Shown: positions 12,649 to 27,329, counted from the first letter of the stretch. The stretch: DNA of 64,000 nt from Octopus vulgaris (GCA_951406725.2 OX597815.1:104842001-104906000), one strand, 5' to 3'. Notes: generated by a model not told the origin, from the letters alone. Program-made: numbers and translations.

Positions 12649-15504
12649 ATATATATATATATATGCAATCTCTAAGCAGTATAAAAATATGCACGGGGTT
12701 TCTAAAGATCGTGTCTTTATTGTTGTCTAGATTCTAATGATAGAGTTTTGTTTCATTTTAGAAACCGCCACCATTTTGTATAGGAAACACTAAGATAATT
12801 GGAAAACACTGTTGAAAACATATGCATAAAGACTCAGGTAAATAAGCAAGAATTAATAAATTTATACATACAAATCTAAGTATATATGTATCTCTGCGAG
12901 AGTGGTTGCCAAAACAATACTTCTCCAAAACATTGCTTTGTATTTGCTTTTATTTAAGGTTTTTGTTTAACTTTACTCTTTAACTTATGTTTGTCAAGGA
13001 ATGTTGAATACAAGATGATATCAAATTTTGTATACTTTTGACATTAAATATTCTAAGCATACACCTGACGAAAAGTTTGTTTGAAACCGCGTCCACCCGA
13101 AGTAACTATTAACAAAGCCAAAAAAAGATATAGATTCCTGTGAATGTAACTACTAGTGAATTGTAATATAGATCAATAGATGGAAAATGTTCAGTGAAGG
13201 CTGAATGTAGTATGCTTTAATTTGAACCCTTCAATTAACCTAAGTTTATAATAATTTAACATATTTGCCATCACATGTAGTTTAAACATGTTCTTGTTCG
13301 GTTGTGCTTTTGATCCTGGTCTGTCTGATCAAACGCACGATAAAAGGCACGTATGCAAAAGTATCCCAAAGTTTTGAGGTGGTAGAATTTGATTTGAGAG
13401 GGCGAGCTATAGCTGCTCTTCTTACATATCGGGCAACTACACTCAGGATCACTTTTTCGAATTAGAATTCAACGGTAGTTATACACTGACCTACCCTACT
13501 CGTGAGAGCCAGCGATAGAGCTTCTATGTGGTGCTTGATGGGCTAGTAATAGCAGCTAAACGTGCCCCTAATCATACTCAGCTCTCAGAAAAGAATACAG
13601 ATTACATAACGTCTTAGCTATTAAAAATATGACACGGTCATGCCAGGAATGCTATTGATCACAAGTCTACTGGGTTAAATTTGGCGTTGAGCCAAATACC
13701 AACCACTCTACCTGTCAATATATCGTATTTATAGTGTTACTATCACATTATGAGGTAATATTCGCTATTGTCCTCTGCATCACATTACAATATCTTTTAT
13801 ACGTGAAACACACACACATATACACGTGCATACAGTTATATGGTATCCGACCACATTATATATATATTTATATCCCAATACATGCTGAGCGTTGGGAAAC
13901 TGACTTTTGATTAAAAGCAATTTGTCAACTTATGTGTACATTAATTTCCTTTTAATCTAAAAACTATTGTTTACTTTTAGAGATATCCTAATATTAATTA
14001 TTCAGAAGCACATGGCTTTTCCAGATATCTTCAACTCTAAATAACTAAAGATTGAGAATAATTTTAACTTTTTTCTGTCTGTTTCTTTTTTGTTTTGTGA
14101 AAGAAATTAATTTTAAAAGTTATTGTCTTTGGTTTTAAATTAAAAATAAATCTTATCAGTATTTTGGGAAGAGAACCAAAATTAAATATAAGAAAATTAT
14201 GTCTAATCGCTGGTATTAATGAGACCATCTTATAGGTTTAAGAGGCAAGTGAAGTGAATTTGTTATTGAATATGCCTCAAGGCAGTAGTGATTTATACAA
14301 GATTACATCTATAAATTTTAATTAAAGAAATGTGACGAAAATATTCTAAATTGCAAAAAACAAAAACACCTGTACAACTTTTAAATCGCAACAATAAGAC
14401 AATCAATTAGAAACACCCAAATAAAAATTCTACTAAAAAACTTTTTTATCAGGTATTTAACGAAAATAATATAGCATAATTTTCGAGTGGAGAATAGGGA
14501 ATCTAATTTTAATATAGCAACGGATTAAATTTTAATGAGTTTAAGTAATTCTTTTCATGTGCATAACTTAATTAGCTAATGATAGCTTGCTATAAGTACA
14601 AATGACTTAGCATTATATAAACAAAATTTAATAGTATACCTCTATAACAGCTAAGCATGATAGACAATACAAAATTATAAGATGTTAAACTATTATACAT
14701 GTTAAACTGCTTCCTGCATTTTTAATTCCAGTCTGTAAGTTATACAGCTATCCCATTTGTTCACCAGTTGTTAAACAACTGTCTTTGAATAGGGCTTACA
14801 TCCAATAGTTAGCACAGCTATCCACATGTTATAAAAAGAGAACATTTATAAACGATAAACAAAAAAAAAATTAAGAATTTAGAATGCTGTTGCCTGTTGA
14901 TACTACAGAGCTTGTAAATCTGTTTCTCTTGATGTAACAGATTTTTAAAAAGTCGGGCGCCAATTGCAACATTAGTGATTGTCTTTCACTATTTTTGTCT
15001 ATATCTGTGATGTGAGATTTCGTCTAATCAAACTGATTGTGAGTAAACGTTATTGATAATTCCCAACAAGGTATAAATGCCTCTAACATCCTCATTCATC
15101 GCTGCTGAGACAAGTTTCGTCTCACTCATATTTATACATATCGTGTTTTTAAGTATATCGTATCCACAAGAAATATCTCTGGACTCATACACTAGTAAAT
15201 TTTGCTTGACTCAATGAATTAAGCATGATAGATAGATGAATACATATGGTTGAGAAGTAACACAAGTGTTGATATGTTTAATGAAAATAAGACAAGGTAG
15301 AAAATGCCAAAGTGATTTTATCATGAACATTTTAGTACTGGTTTCAGTCTTTCCGACTTTTTCAACTTAGAATAAAGTAAGAAAAATAATTAAATTATGT
15401 AAAAATTTTAATGAAATGTTTTATTTTAAACATTCCCATAGTCTTTTTTCCCCGCCTATATCTCTCTTTTATTTTTGTGAAGGCTAGGTAGGTAGTGGCA
15501 GATC

Positions 15505-15546
15505 TGAAGAAAAAACTTTGGTGGACGGAAACTGAGAGACACCCGT

Positions 15547-15595
<49 letters not shown>

Positions 15596-15700
15596 ATATA
15601 TATACATATATGTATGTATGTATGTATGTATAAAGGCGGCGCTCCAGCAGAGTATAGCCCCAGTCAAATGACTGAAACAAGTAGTAGAATAAACGAATAT
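15505..15700 (+). mobile_element. SINE family A remnant
   Basis: GACGGAAACTGA, then a microsatellite, then the tail GGCGGCGCTCCAGCA...CAGTCAAATGACTGAAACAAGTA. Confidence 0.65.
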
Positions 15701-15705
15701 ATATA

Positions 15706-16905
15706 CAGTGTGCGATGGGTAAATTGTTGCCATTTTATATTCTTAATTACGCGCATTTGCGTTGATTGTTTTTGAATTTCCCGACTACTCAGTATAGTAG
15801 GATCGGTTGAGCACCGTCTGTGAGAAAAACAGTACCATGACGCAATTAACCCTGCCAGAAATTTGGAAACAACTTGCTGTACTGCTTGACATTTGCACCG
15901 GAAGCTCCAATGCGTACATTTCAGAGTGTTTGGACATCAATCTGAGGACAGTGCAGAGCATTCAGAAAGAGTTGGGCGTATCTAATGGTGATTACGGAGT
16001 TATGGCTGCTCGAAAAACTCACTCTGATCGTTCTGATCAGAAAAGAACTCCTGATTTTGTTGGCGAGATGAAGGTCTTGATTGACAACGATCCCTACAAG
16101 TCAATCAGGTCCACATCGTCAGTGACATGGGAGTTTCTGAGTTACTTATCAGGCAGGTAGGGCATGAAGACATTCGGTATTCCTCATACAAGATGAGAAT
16201 TGGCCAATGTTTATCTCAAGCCATCAAAGAAAATAAGACAGACGGACAGACCGCGCCACGAAGCTTTTGAATAAACTCAAACATCCCCTCCAACTGAATA
16301 TGCTTTGGTTTTTCTTAGGATCTGATGGGGAATACACAGAACAATCGTTGGCTTGCCGTGTCCCCAGAATATGTACTGAGGAGGATAAAAATTAAACATC
16401 CAATCAGCATCATGATGTTTAGAGTGATCATTAGTGATGGTGACGTTATGCCTCCATTCATCTTCCCACACGGCCTCAGATTCAACACGGAGGCCTAAAT
16501 CAAGTGACTGGAGGCCTACATCAAGTGCCGCCCTGGGTCCCTGGGTCAAGAGGGTAGCTGCAGGAAGATACTATGTCTTGCAACAGAACTCTGCACTATG
16601 CCATACAAGCAGGAGAAGCCAGTCATGGCTGTCAGACAATTTCTGCGACCACATCATCCCTAACATCTGGTCACCTACTTCTACATACTGCAAACCCTTT
16701 GATTATTATGTGTATGGCGCAACTGAGCGAGAGATCAACAAAACTCTTTGTAACACTAAATACGAACTGAAGGCAACGATTATGGCAGCATTCACCAAAT
16801 TAAACAAGAAGACCGTCCAGAAGAGTTGCAGGAGATTCCAAAGTCGGCTGGAGACCGTGGTTGAAGCCAATGGCGATTTTATTGAATACATTTATTCTTT
16901 AGTAC
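15706..16905 (+). mobile_element. Tc1/mariner-superfamily transposon, DD37D (maT)-type, decayed
   Basis: HTH-like N-terminal ORF at 15807. In QQ[N]SALCH...WSPTSTYCKPF[D]Y the two catalytic positions are 37 aa apart. CRRFQSRLETVVEANG. Starts TA|CAGTGTG. Confidence 0.85.
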
Positions 16906-17022
16906 GTGTGTATTTGTCTACACACACACACACCCACACGTATATGTGTGTGTGTGTGTGTGTGTCTGTCTGTTTATGTATATATCTTGAAAGGATGGAC
17001 TTGGTGCAAACTTAACTGTATC

Positions 17023-17112
<90 letters not shown>
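17023..17112. repeat. (TAT)n microsatellite
   Basis: Directly visible. Confidence 0.95.
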
Positions 17113-17113
<1 letters not shown>

Positions 17114-17444
17114 AGTAATTTTTATTAACTTTTATAGCTTTAGAATTTTATGAACTGAACCATGGTTTTAATTATTATTTTTCATCTCCCTATGTGTTAT
17201 TTTTAAAAAAAAAAACTATTAGCCAAATATGTATAATATCGGTACTTATTAATATTAATATATACACTGATATATATTTTGTTTTATTTTGTTCTGTTTA
17301 CCTTCCTTTATTGTACCAATGAGTATTATATTATATAAGTGTAGCATTATGATGTATAAGTTTTTATATTTTACATTTTTATATTTTTATATTTATATGT
17401 ATATGGTTATATAATATTTTTCACAATTATAACAAATTTAATTT

Positions 17445-17560
17445 AATTCTCTGAAGAGGCCGTGGGGCATCCTTGTTAATGCCTCATTTATACCTGCCTT
17501 TATGACTTATAGGTTAAATGAGGTATGACTGCCCTCACTGCCGAAACAGCTGTCAGTTTT
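17445..17560 (+). ncRNA. type I hammerhead ribozyme, PLE-type, in a terminal-repeat-like segment (~17115-17750)
   Basis: CTGAAGA at 17451; long stem II GGC..GTGGGGCA..ATGCCTCATTTA/TAAATGAGGTAT..TGCCCTCAC..GCC; then GAAAC-AGCT-GTC. Stem I is weak. Confidence 0.75.
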
Positions 17561-17747
17561 GATTTAATTGCATATTATATTTGAAATTTTTTACTTATAT
17601 CTCTTTATCTTTTTACTATTACTGTATATCTCATTTTGTATAATGCCTTTACTCATATGTAATGGTGTATTAAAGTATTGATTGGGTATCATCGGATAGT
17701 TGATGTTTTATTGATTTAAGTATGTTTCTCCATTCTCTAATTTTGTA

Positions 17748-17792
<45 letters not shown>

Positions 17793-20700
17793 TTTCTGGG
17801 TGTATTTTTCCTATGTATAGTTGTAATTGTATGGGGACTTTTATATTCTTGTTTAAGATGGCTTTCATTTCTTTGTATATTACCTTGTTTAATGAATTAA
17901 ATCCATTCTTTTTACGATCTGAACATGTTAATTCTTCTTTTCAGTTCTGATAATATTTCAAGCTCTCAGATATTGATTTTCAGACAACCGACTGATATAT
18001 TCAACAGGGACGGCTTCTGTCTTCAGTTTACTTGTAAACTAAAATACCTTCGACAGATACGGATCAGATATTTTCGTTCAATTCTACTTCATTTTAACCT
18101 ATAAAACCTATAAATGTGGTTTCTTGAATAACAAAAGGTACTTAAGTTCTTCATGCTTGTATTATTTTATTATATGCCCTAAGTAAGGCGGAATCTGGAA
18201 TATTTAAAGTATCTTATATAGAAGATGGAATAAAAAAAATATATTTATACTCAGTTGGCTCTATAGGCCAAACCTCAAAGCAGTGGAACATAAAAGTAAT
18301 ATATTGCATTAAATCCTCCAGCTTACATCATATGAACATCGAAAAATAAGTACAAAAATCAAAATGAAGATAAATCTAATTTGTCCATTGCTCTTAACTC
18401 ATATATTCTCATCTAGAATCTTGTACGCAGCATGCATTATGAGCAGTCATTATAATAATATAGGGTACTTTAAAATGAACTTATGAATATAAAGCATTGT
18501 TGAAAACAATGTTCTATAATACACCAGGTATTTTTTTTTACTTCTAAACTGTATTAATAAAACTTCTTGCTTTATTTTTCTTTCTTCATGAGATATACAC
18601 CTATCCCTTAACTTCGCGATTTTCTTATTTATGAAGTGCACCTATGAAACTAAATGACTGTTTCATTGTTAAAGGATTCCCTACCAAATTTATAACTAGT
18701 TAACTTTTCAGAGCACAATGTTTTTCATACATGCATAAACACATATATACATGTATATAAGCACACATACATGCATACATCCATACATGCATGCATACAT
18801 GCATACATACTTACATTCTTACATATATCATATCATATCGAACAATTCGACCTAAATTTTAAATATTTATATCATTTGTGGAAATATATTCTTCTAAATT
18901 TTCTTCAAATATTCATTCTTGTTTTTTAAATTTTTTTAACCTCATGTTCCCATAAGCAAAACTTAACATTAATACTTATTGTTACTGTAGACAATATATA
19001 TCAATTAGGTAGTGTGTTTGCCTTGTAATTCTTTGTTTGAAAAAATTTCGAAAAAAGACGAGGTAAAAGACTATAAAATATATATTCATGCGAGTCGAGT
19101 ATGTAAACTGAGAGTGTTTGATGTATGATCAGAATATGTAGGTATAATGATTTGAGCTGGTTGGTGGCTGTATTCGTTCACAGCAGAATATTCTCTCTAT
19201 TTTCTACTCAGACACGGCACCCAATTGGTCGGATGCGCGTCATTATATCGGTATTCAACTGATCGTCTGCAACTTACAAACAAGTATCGATATTTTACAC
19301 AATGTTATACACAATAGTAAAACTTGGTTTTCCTCACAATCAAACTTAATTAGAAACGTTGATTTCTTATGGTAACAACTGATGCACAGAAAACAAACAA
19401 TCCCTCTTTAAAAAATAAACATAGGAAAAAGTAAATTCATTGATTTGCTTCTGCAATATATTGCAATGTGTATCAATAGATAAAATCGCTTCTTGTTTAT
19501 TTGTTGATTCTTGCTTTTTTGTTACTGGGGCATTTTCTATCGTGATATTCACAGCCTACTTACATCTATTAGATTATGTAAATTCATTCCGATTATTTTC
19601 TCATATTGATCTAATATAAATAATTGTTTCCCTTTATCTAGTGACAACAAGAAAGAATAGTGTTTTTCAGATTTTCAGATAATGAATATTTAATGTTGTT
19701 ATATTTGGAGATAAGCGGAATGTTTAATGGTCTTTCGAAAATAAAGGATTAGGTCAATGTCTTTTGAAACGTCTGGGTATTGCAAAGCACCTTTATTTCA
19801 TTAAAGATTTGAAAATATTTTATACGCCGTCGGGTAGCTTCAACTGAGAAACACACAACGAGGTTGAAACACCGCAGTGTTTCGAAATTCCCTTACATCG
19901 TTGAACCGTTGAACCACGTGTGTTATCAACACACAGTTGCCTAAAGAGAGAAGGCGTTCTCCTATAGTGGAAAGCAACAGCGATGAGGTATTCACATGTG
20001 AATGTTTGCATTCTCGCTGTTCTGCGAGCAGCCCATTAATTATTACTATCTTAAATTTTACGTTTATTATCTTAATTTATACGTAAATGTGCTATTGAAA
20101 ATGTAATATTTCCGAATTATTTTGTCTAATTTGTTTTTCTAATTTTTGAATATAACTGTGTTGTTCATACGTGTGTTAACAGCATGCTCCTTTTAGTTCT
20201 TTAGCTTGTTTTTTGTATAAAGATTCATTTTTCAGTTGTTCGTTGGATATTAGATACCTGCCTCTTGCACTGTAAAGTTACACATTTTACATTTGATTTG
20301 TCTTTTAAGAAGGCGTTTCATGAATTATATTAAAATGGCTCCTAATTTTCTTTTCTGCTTTTTTTTTTTACTGTGGTAAATATCTGTGTTATTATGAGGT
20401 TGCTTTAGTGTTTGTAAATATCTTGTTTGTGGAGAATACATGATGAATAGTGTTTTCCCAAATGTATAAATGTCTGAATTTAGCTTTTGTTATTAAGATT
20501 AGCATTTATCAGCTATTCCGATTGCATTCCACAATTTAATTCATGCTTTAACGAAGAATATCAATAACCATATCCAAGAATATACCTAATGATGACTGAA
20601 GTCATAGCGACTGAAACGAAGTGTAGATAAAATATACAAAATATGAGGTTAATAAATTCTTGCGAAAATTTCTATCTTACTTTTTCCAAATTTATGATGA

Positions 20701-21344
20701 TATTTTAGATTATTCACTGCCGGGTGTAGAGTAAATTCATTGTATTCCAATGATTAAGTTTGCATTTATTAGAAACTATTGCTAGGTGTTATAATAAATA
20801 CAATATTGAAATATACGCCATTAACACAAGTTTCCCCATTTCATTATTCGTAAAGTACCTGTTCTAATAACTCACCCAGAGATTGTTCATAAGCAAACTG
20901 TTCCTGTACATAAACTTTTGCTTCGATCATTAGACTGTGCACACACTGGGGCAACATCTACGGATGTTTCAGATGATTATATTGACCTAATATTTGTGAC
21001 CTAGTACTTTTATCAACGTCAGAAGAATGGAAATTGAACTCAAAACATAGAAAAGGACATACAGGAATAGTAAAGATTTTTTCTACGTTCTACAAATTCT
21101 AACAATTCACCGTCTCAATCAATAGAAAAAGTAATACAAAGTTCCGAACAACATATGAAAATATGGGAAGCCATCTAATTTAAATATTTAATGAACACGC
21201 AACGTGAAATTTCCCCGAAGGTACTAGCCTCAGAAACAATGGTGATATCTCAAGTTGAAATAACTCTATCTAAAATCAGACAGGAACAATGGTTATTGTT
21301 TGACTTGTATGAAATAATATATTTATTGTATTATTCGTGTCGTC

Positions 21345-21557
21345 TAAGGCGGCAAGCTGGCAAACACTTTAGCATGCCGGGCAAAATGCTTAGCGGCATT
21401 TCGTCAGCCTTTACGTTCTGGGTTCAAATTCCGCCAAGGTCGACTTTGCCTTTCATCCTTGCGGGGTCGAGGAAATAAGTACCAGTTGCGTATTGAGGTC
21501 GATATAATCGACCTCAAAACTCCGAAAGGCCTTGTGCCTTTAGTAGAAAGGATTATT
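21345..21557 (+). mobile_element. SINE family B
   Basis: GGTTCAAATTCC B box and GTCGACTTTGCCTTTCATCC...AAGTACCAGTT; several other copies in the window. Confidence 0.85.
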
Positions 21558-22750
21558 CGTCTTGCCTAATTCATCTTGTATAATATGTTAAGCAATAAAT
21601 AAGGGAGAATTAAAAGAGAAGAGAGGGTGCGAGAAAGGTGGGAGAAAGAAAGACAGAATATTGGATTTCTTAGCTGTAATTAGTATACACTGCAAGGTTT
21701 CTTAATTGCTAACTGTATTATAGAAATGAAATTGAAAAAAAATAACTAATTAAGAAATATTTTTACGCTTAATCAAGTACTACTTGATTGTCATTAGGCT
21801 ACTAACCTTGACTGAGTCAGATATCATATCTAGTTTCATCGCTCGCTGCATGTCCCTATTCAATTTTTAATTAAGTGAGATTTTGGAATCGTTTCCTTCG
21901 CTTTTCTTTGCTAGCATTAACTATTCCCCAGAGGTATAATTTTAGGAGATTAAAATATTTTTGCTCATGCCATGTTAAGTATGTTTTCCACCTAAAATAT
22001 GGAGAAGTTTGCACAAGAAAACCGAAAACAAAAATTAAGTCAAAGTAAAAAAATTTAAAGAATAAGACGAATTTTATCTTTCCTCTAATATTCCTAATAT
22101 CTAGATAGCTGATGGCAAATATATCTTGTAAGCAGCATTAAATGTATCAGAGTATTCCATGTTCTCTGTTCTGTTCAGTATTATCACATAACAGAGACAT
22201 ATATTGAATCAACTAATTTACTCTCAGATTTTAAAGGTAACCAACTTTTGCTATCATTTGGAATCTTGCTACACATCATAAAGCATAAAAAAGCATATAA
22301 TGTGTTTATATAAATACATTATGTTATACTCACATAGTGGATTATTCATGCAATATATGAATTGTTCTTGTAATATACGAAAATATATGTTCAACTAGAT
22401 GTCGTTGATGTTATTTTTTTTTGTTCTTATGCTGTTAATAATAATGATGACAGTGGTGTTGAAATATGAAAGGGTGATAATACCAGTAATAGCTAATGTG
22501 CTAAAATCGGTTAGATGTCAACCTGACACAATATTTGGATAAAGGTGACACGACAGTAGAAGTGTAATTGTTTATCCAAATTAGTTCGAAATCTGATGAA
22601 ACTGAAATTCTGATCAGAACCGGAGATATGAATTAATGGAACACTACATTAGGGTTTTCGACTCTATCCTTCTCTATTTCAGTTTTCCTCCTACACTTCC
22701 ACTCCTCTTCATTATTTTCTATTGTCAACTACACAGAATATCAACATAGG

Positions 22751-22912
22751 ACGTAGGAGTGGCTGTGTGGTAAATAGCTTGCTTATGAACCACATGGTTC
22801 TGGGTTCAGTCCCACTGCGTGGCACCTTGGTCAAGTGTCTTCTATTATAGCCTCGGGCCAACCAAAGCCTTGTGAGTGGATTTGGTAGACGGAAACTGAA
22901 AGAAGCCTGTCG

Positions 22913-22951
<39 letters not shown>

Positions 22952-23179
22952 TTGTGTGTGTATGTATGCGTGCGCCTGTGTTTGTCCCCCCCCCAAACAT
23001 CACTTGACAACCGATGCTGGTGTGTTTACGCCCCGTAACGTGGCGGTTCGGCAAAATAGACCGATAGAATAAGTACTAGGCTTACAAAGAATAAGTCCTA
23101 GGATCGATTTGCTCGATTAAAGGGGGTGCTCCAGCATGGCCACAGTCAAATGACTGAAAGAAGTAAAAGAGTAAAAGAA
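22751..23179 (+). mobile_element. tRNA/CORE-type SINE family A, full length
   Basis: A box TGGCTGTGTGG, B box GGTTCAGTCCC, CORE-like CCTTGGTCAAGTG, internal (TA)(TG), LINE-like 3' tail. Confidence 0.9.
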
Positions 23180-23649
23180 TATACTTCACAAAGCTGCAGT
23201 ACAATAAATTGTCATAACACAATTCAATAAGAGAATTTAATATTTTGTTTAGAAATGCCGAGAATAAAACAATTATTAGAAATTAAACTAGCAGGAAGAT
23301 AAGCAATAGAGCAAGGAATTGCGGTAAAAACAAGTACGAGTCAACATAGTAGAAATACGAAATAGACAGATATAAATGTATTAAATCAAAATTCAAAGTC
23401 TGTTTGAATGGTCCGGAATTTTAGAGAAATTACTATATTGTAGCGATAGACTGTTTTGACAAGAGTATTCTTATGAAATATTTAGAATAATTTCCAGTAC
23501 ATTTCTAATTCCTGAAGCTTCATACAGAAGAAATTCTTCTACATTCACGAGAACAATATAATATGCGTGCGCCATTGAAACGCGTTTGCCCCCCCCCCCC
23601 ACACGCACACACACACAAATATACGCAAATATAACATACATACATACAT

Positions 23650-24308
23650 GGTGGTCATCTATTCCTTATGCAGAGTTGACCACCTCTTGTATCAACACCT
23701 TAGATCTATCGTCTCGTTTGATGTGGCTTTTTAGACCAGAAAATGCTATGAAAGGACACCCACATAAATTGCATATCTGATTTAGACCACCAAGAGTAGC
23801 AGTTAAGTTCTGATCTTTGTGGATCTTAAAATGTATTTTGAGGCCTTCGTTAGATTTGCAGACCTTACGGCATTCATAGCATTGACAGGTATACACAGAT
23901 AGATAGGCAGAGAAATTGGTGAAGGTTCATTTTTCATGGGTCTGCAAATGACATTTGAGCCCAGCAAAAGAAGGGTATGGTTTGACACAAATTGTACACA
24001 CTAAAAGGTGGTTGGGGTTTATTTTCTTGTTGTCATTAACATTTTTTAAAAAGATTTCTTTGGAGTTACGCGTGGGTCATCCTGGTTTCTTCAGAAGCTT
24101 TTCCTCCACTCCACACCCAGGTCAATCCAAAGCAAGAGTTTCTATGACCTTCGGTTCCATTCCAAGTAACCCCAAGTTAGTCCTTATCCAGTCCTTAAAT
24201 CTCTTTTTAGGTTTACACTGATTGCGTTTTCCTTCTGTATGTTCGTCATAAAACAACTATTTGAGTATGCGTTCATCCGCCATTTGAACAATGTGGCCAG
24301 CCCATCTT
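23650..24308 (-). mobile_element. RTE-clade LINE 3' fragment with C-terminal C2H2-like zinc fingers
   Basis: RWAGHIVQMADERILK*LFY...GKR...KKRFKD, then CTICVK..SFAGLKCH, CYECRKVCKSNEGLKIHFKIH and CNLCGCPF..GLKSH. Confidence 0.85.
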
Positions 24309-25820
24309 ATACATACATACATACATACATACGTAAGAAAACATACTGCACATACATATATGCAAGCATTCATGCATATATACGTACCTAGATTCTTACA
24401 AGGATTTATGTACATACGTACATACATACATACATACATACATACATGCATGCATACATACATACATACATACATACATACATACATACATACATACATA
24501 CATACATACATACATGCATACGTACGTACAAAACTTTGTCAAATAGACAAAGGCAATTCAATATATTGCGTTTTGTGAATAAAAATGATTTTAACGTCTT
24601 ACTGAAATAAAAATTAAATTGTTTGGTTTACATTTTATTCGACATTATACTTAGTGTCGAGAGAATTTCCATAGTCTACCTACTTAATTTCAGAGTTTTA
24701 AATCAAATTTGTTTCGAAAAGAATGCCTCCATTTCTCTCTCTCTCGCTCGCTCTCGCTCTTCCTCTCTCTCTCTTCCCCCCTCTCTCTCTCTCACGCACA
24801 CACACACACACAGTTTCTCTCTCTTTCTCTGTATATTTGCATGTGCGCATGCGTGAGTCTATCACACGCGTACATGCATGTTATCATCATATCATTTAAC
24901 GCTCGTTTTCCGTGTTGCCACGGGTTGAATAGATCATCACCGTCCAAGTCATTTCTTATTCGGAATTACAGCTCTTCAAGGGGCTCGAAGGGATATGCCT
25001 CGCTCATGCGTTTCATTTTTACTTTGTTTTCTAAGATTGAATGTCCATAGAATTAAATCTACCTCACAGATTTTAGAGGATACACTTTATCGTAGCACTA
25101 TATACGCATACACGTGTTTGGGTGCGTGAATGCGTATAGTGCGTGCCTTTGTGTATACCCATATATTCAGATGAAAGCGCTTGGAGGATGAAGCAAGTTT
25201 CAACGTTTATAAAAGTTCTGAATGAAACTGTTAATCTAAATATTTCATGTTCACTATACGCTTTGAATGTTCTGTCTGTTTTTCATTTGTACACATGTAT
25301 TTATGCATGCATGAGTATGTGTTTGTGTAAATATGTGGTCGATGCATACGCTCACGCACGTGACTAATCACTTGAAATGCGCTTGAATAGGAAAACGAAG
25401 GAGTAATCAATTAATGATTTAATTATAGTGAAGGCTAGTGGTCCATCTCAGAGGTAAAGGGAAAAACGGTAGGCCAAACCGGAGTTATTTTCAAGATCAT
25501 GCAAATTTAGGGGATTGGCGAAAAGAACATGATAATTTGGGACAGATAAAAATATCCGAAGGAAAGGCACAGATTAAGGAAGGGTTCATAAAAGATAGTC
25601 ATAAAGTGAATGAAATTGGCATGAAATGAAACTAATGCAGCAGATAACATTTAACAAATTTTGTGGGTTAATATTTGATAGGATTGTCATTTATTTGAGC
25701 CAGAAAATCAAAAATTATATTGTGGTGAATGAATGAAAGTTCGATAAATTTTAAAGATGGTATAATAAGAATTCTTTTAGTATGACCAAATAAATAATTA
25801 TACACAGAGAAATTGAGATT

Positions 25821-26043
25821 CAGTTATCCCTCGACTCTCTCGGGTATTACGTTCCAAAACCTCCCACGATAGGCGAAAATCTGCGAAGTAAAAACAGTGC
25901 TGTACTGTACATTTTTTCCATTATTTTTATAATTTGGATATATTTATTTTATTATAAATGCAAACCAACACCACGGAGGAATCGACACGAGCTTAAAAAA
26001 TTAAATCGCGATAGGTGAACTGCGATATGACGAGGGATTACTG
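25821..26043. mobile_element. Tigger/pogo-type MITE
   Basis: TIRs CAGTTATCCCTCG and CGAGGGATTACTG, with TA on the right flank. Confidence 0.75.
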
Positions 26044-27329
26044 TAATATTTACTGCTTAGACGGGGACAAATGACAGCCGTGAAGGATTTGGTAAAAATC
26101 AACGACAACCTGTTAAATATTCGGCATTCTTGAGAAATCTGATAAGTCACAAGAATTTCATTAAGATAGACAAAAGAATTAAAATTTCATTAAGACCACA
26201 AAAGAATTAAAATTATTGATGAAAGAAAAAGAAAAAGAATGTTTCTTGATATAGTGAGAATCGGGTTAGAAATCGGGAATAGCAGAATAAATGGCGGATG
26301 TGAGTCACTAACCTAAAGACAGACGGAAACTTGTCGATGTGTTAGAGGTATTTAGTGAAATGAATCTCATTGGATTGGAAAGTTAAGAGAGAGAGAGTTT
26401 CTCAAGCATGAAGACTTGTGTGTATGCTAAGGTGTGTTTTTATGTGTAAGTACGTCTGTGCACTTTTAAATGTGTTTTTGTTATATTATGTTGTTGGGTA
26501 TCAGGTTAACATGATTGAAGAGACTCACAGATTAAGAATGAAAACATGTAGCATGGTGTGGCATGTCGGTATTGTACCGGGCTCCAGCTTTACCCTGGTG
26601 AATATACCCTGATACATGTCGATAAGCGCTCTAGCTGTTTGTGATTGAAACCATAAATATTTCCTAGCATAAAAACAAATTGTGGGGGTCAGTTTGATAG
26701 TAGTTTCCCAACAGGTAAGATTTTAAAATTTTTTCTGCCCCTAGATCTACCTCACTCACAGCGAAAATATCGATACTTGGAAAGACGTATCACCAATACC
26801 ACAGAACGTCATTACTCAGATATTTTCTAATTTAATGTAGACTGAACTGTGCATAACACACCATGCATTAACAACGTAGATTAGGAAATTAATTTCGTAG
26901 TACATGATGATGGTCTTTTCTTTTTATTGATAATTTGAAATGTAAGACACATCTTGAATCTCTAGCAACTTTGATGTCAATGGAGAGTTTAGCGAAACAG
27001 AAGCGAGCATGAATATTATACAAATTGTAGTGAGAACTCCATACTTCAGCGATATAGGGCAACGGTTGTAGCCAGTGGAACTACCTTTGAGCAGCTTTAT
27101 CCAGAGGCCGCGCTGTTACACCAATTGGAGAAGGGCCTAGGAAATATGGCCTAAAAATTTTCCACTGACTTAGTTCCTGGACAGGAAGGCTCGTCTGTAA
27201 GGGAATTCTAAATAGCGTTTATAAAACCAAAAATATACTATTAGTCACATGGAATATACATACAGACAATACTTGATGTAGCCCACTTGAGAAACAGGCA
27301 CGAGCGCTGAATCGCTCACATTTACCAGT

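Noticed and set aside
13066-13095. CTGACGA..GAAACCGCGTC
   Set aside because: Core-like, but stem I does not pair and stem II is weak.
19820-20011. GC-richer segment as a possible host exon
   Set aside because: No clear acceptor site or recognisable protein.
20585-20630. AGTC/GACT-GAAAC hairpin, and a similar trace near 25168
   Set aside because: The core is too damaged to support a call.
22755-22830. tRNA-like heads here and at 12310 and 46778
   Set aside because: They are SINE heads continuous with SINE bodies, not tRNA genes.
25400-26400. Possible GIY-YIG remnants around the MITE
   Set aside because: Only short, ambiguous peptide similarity.
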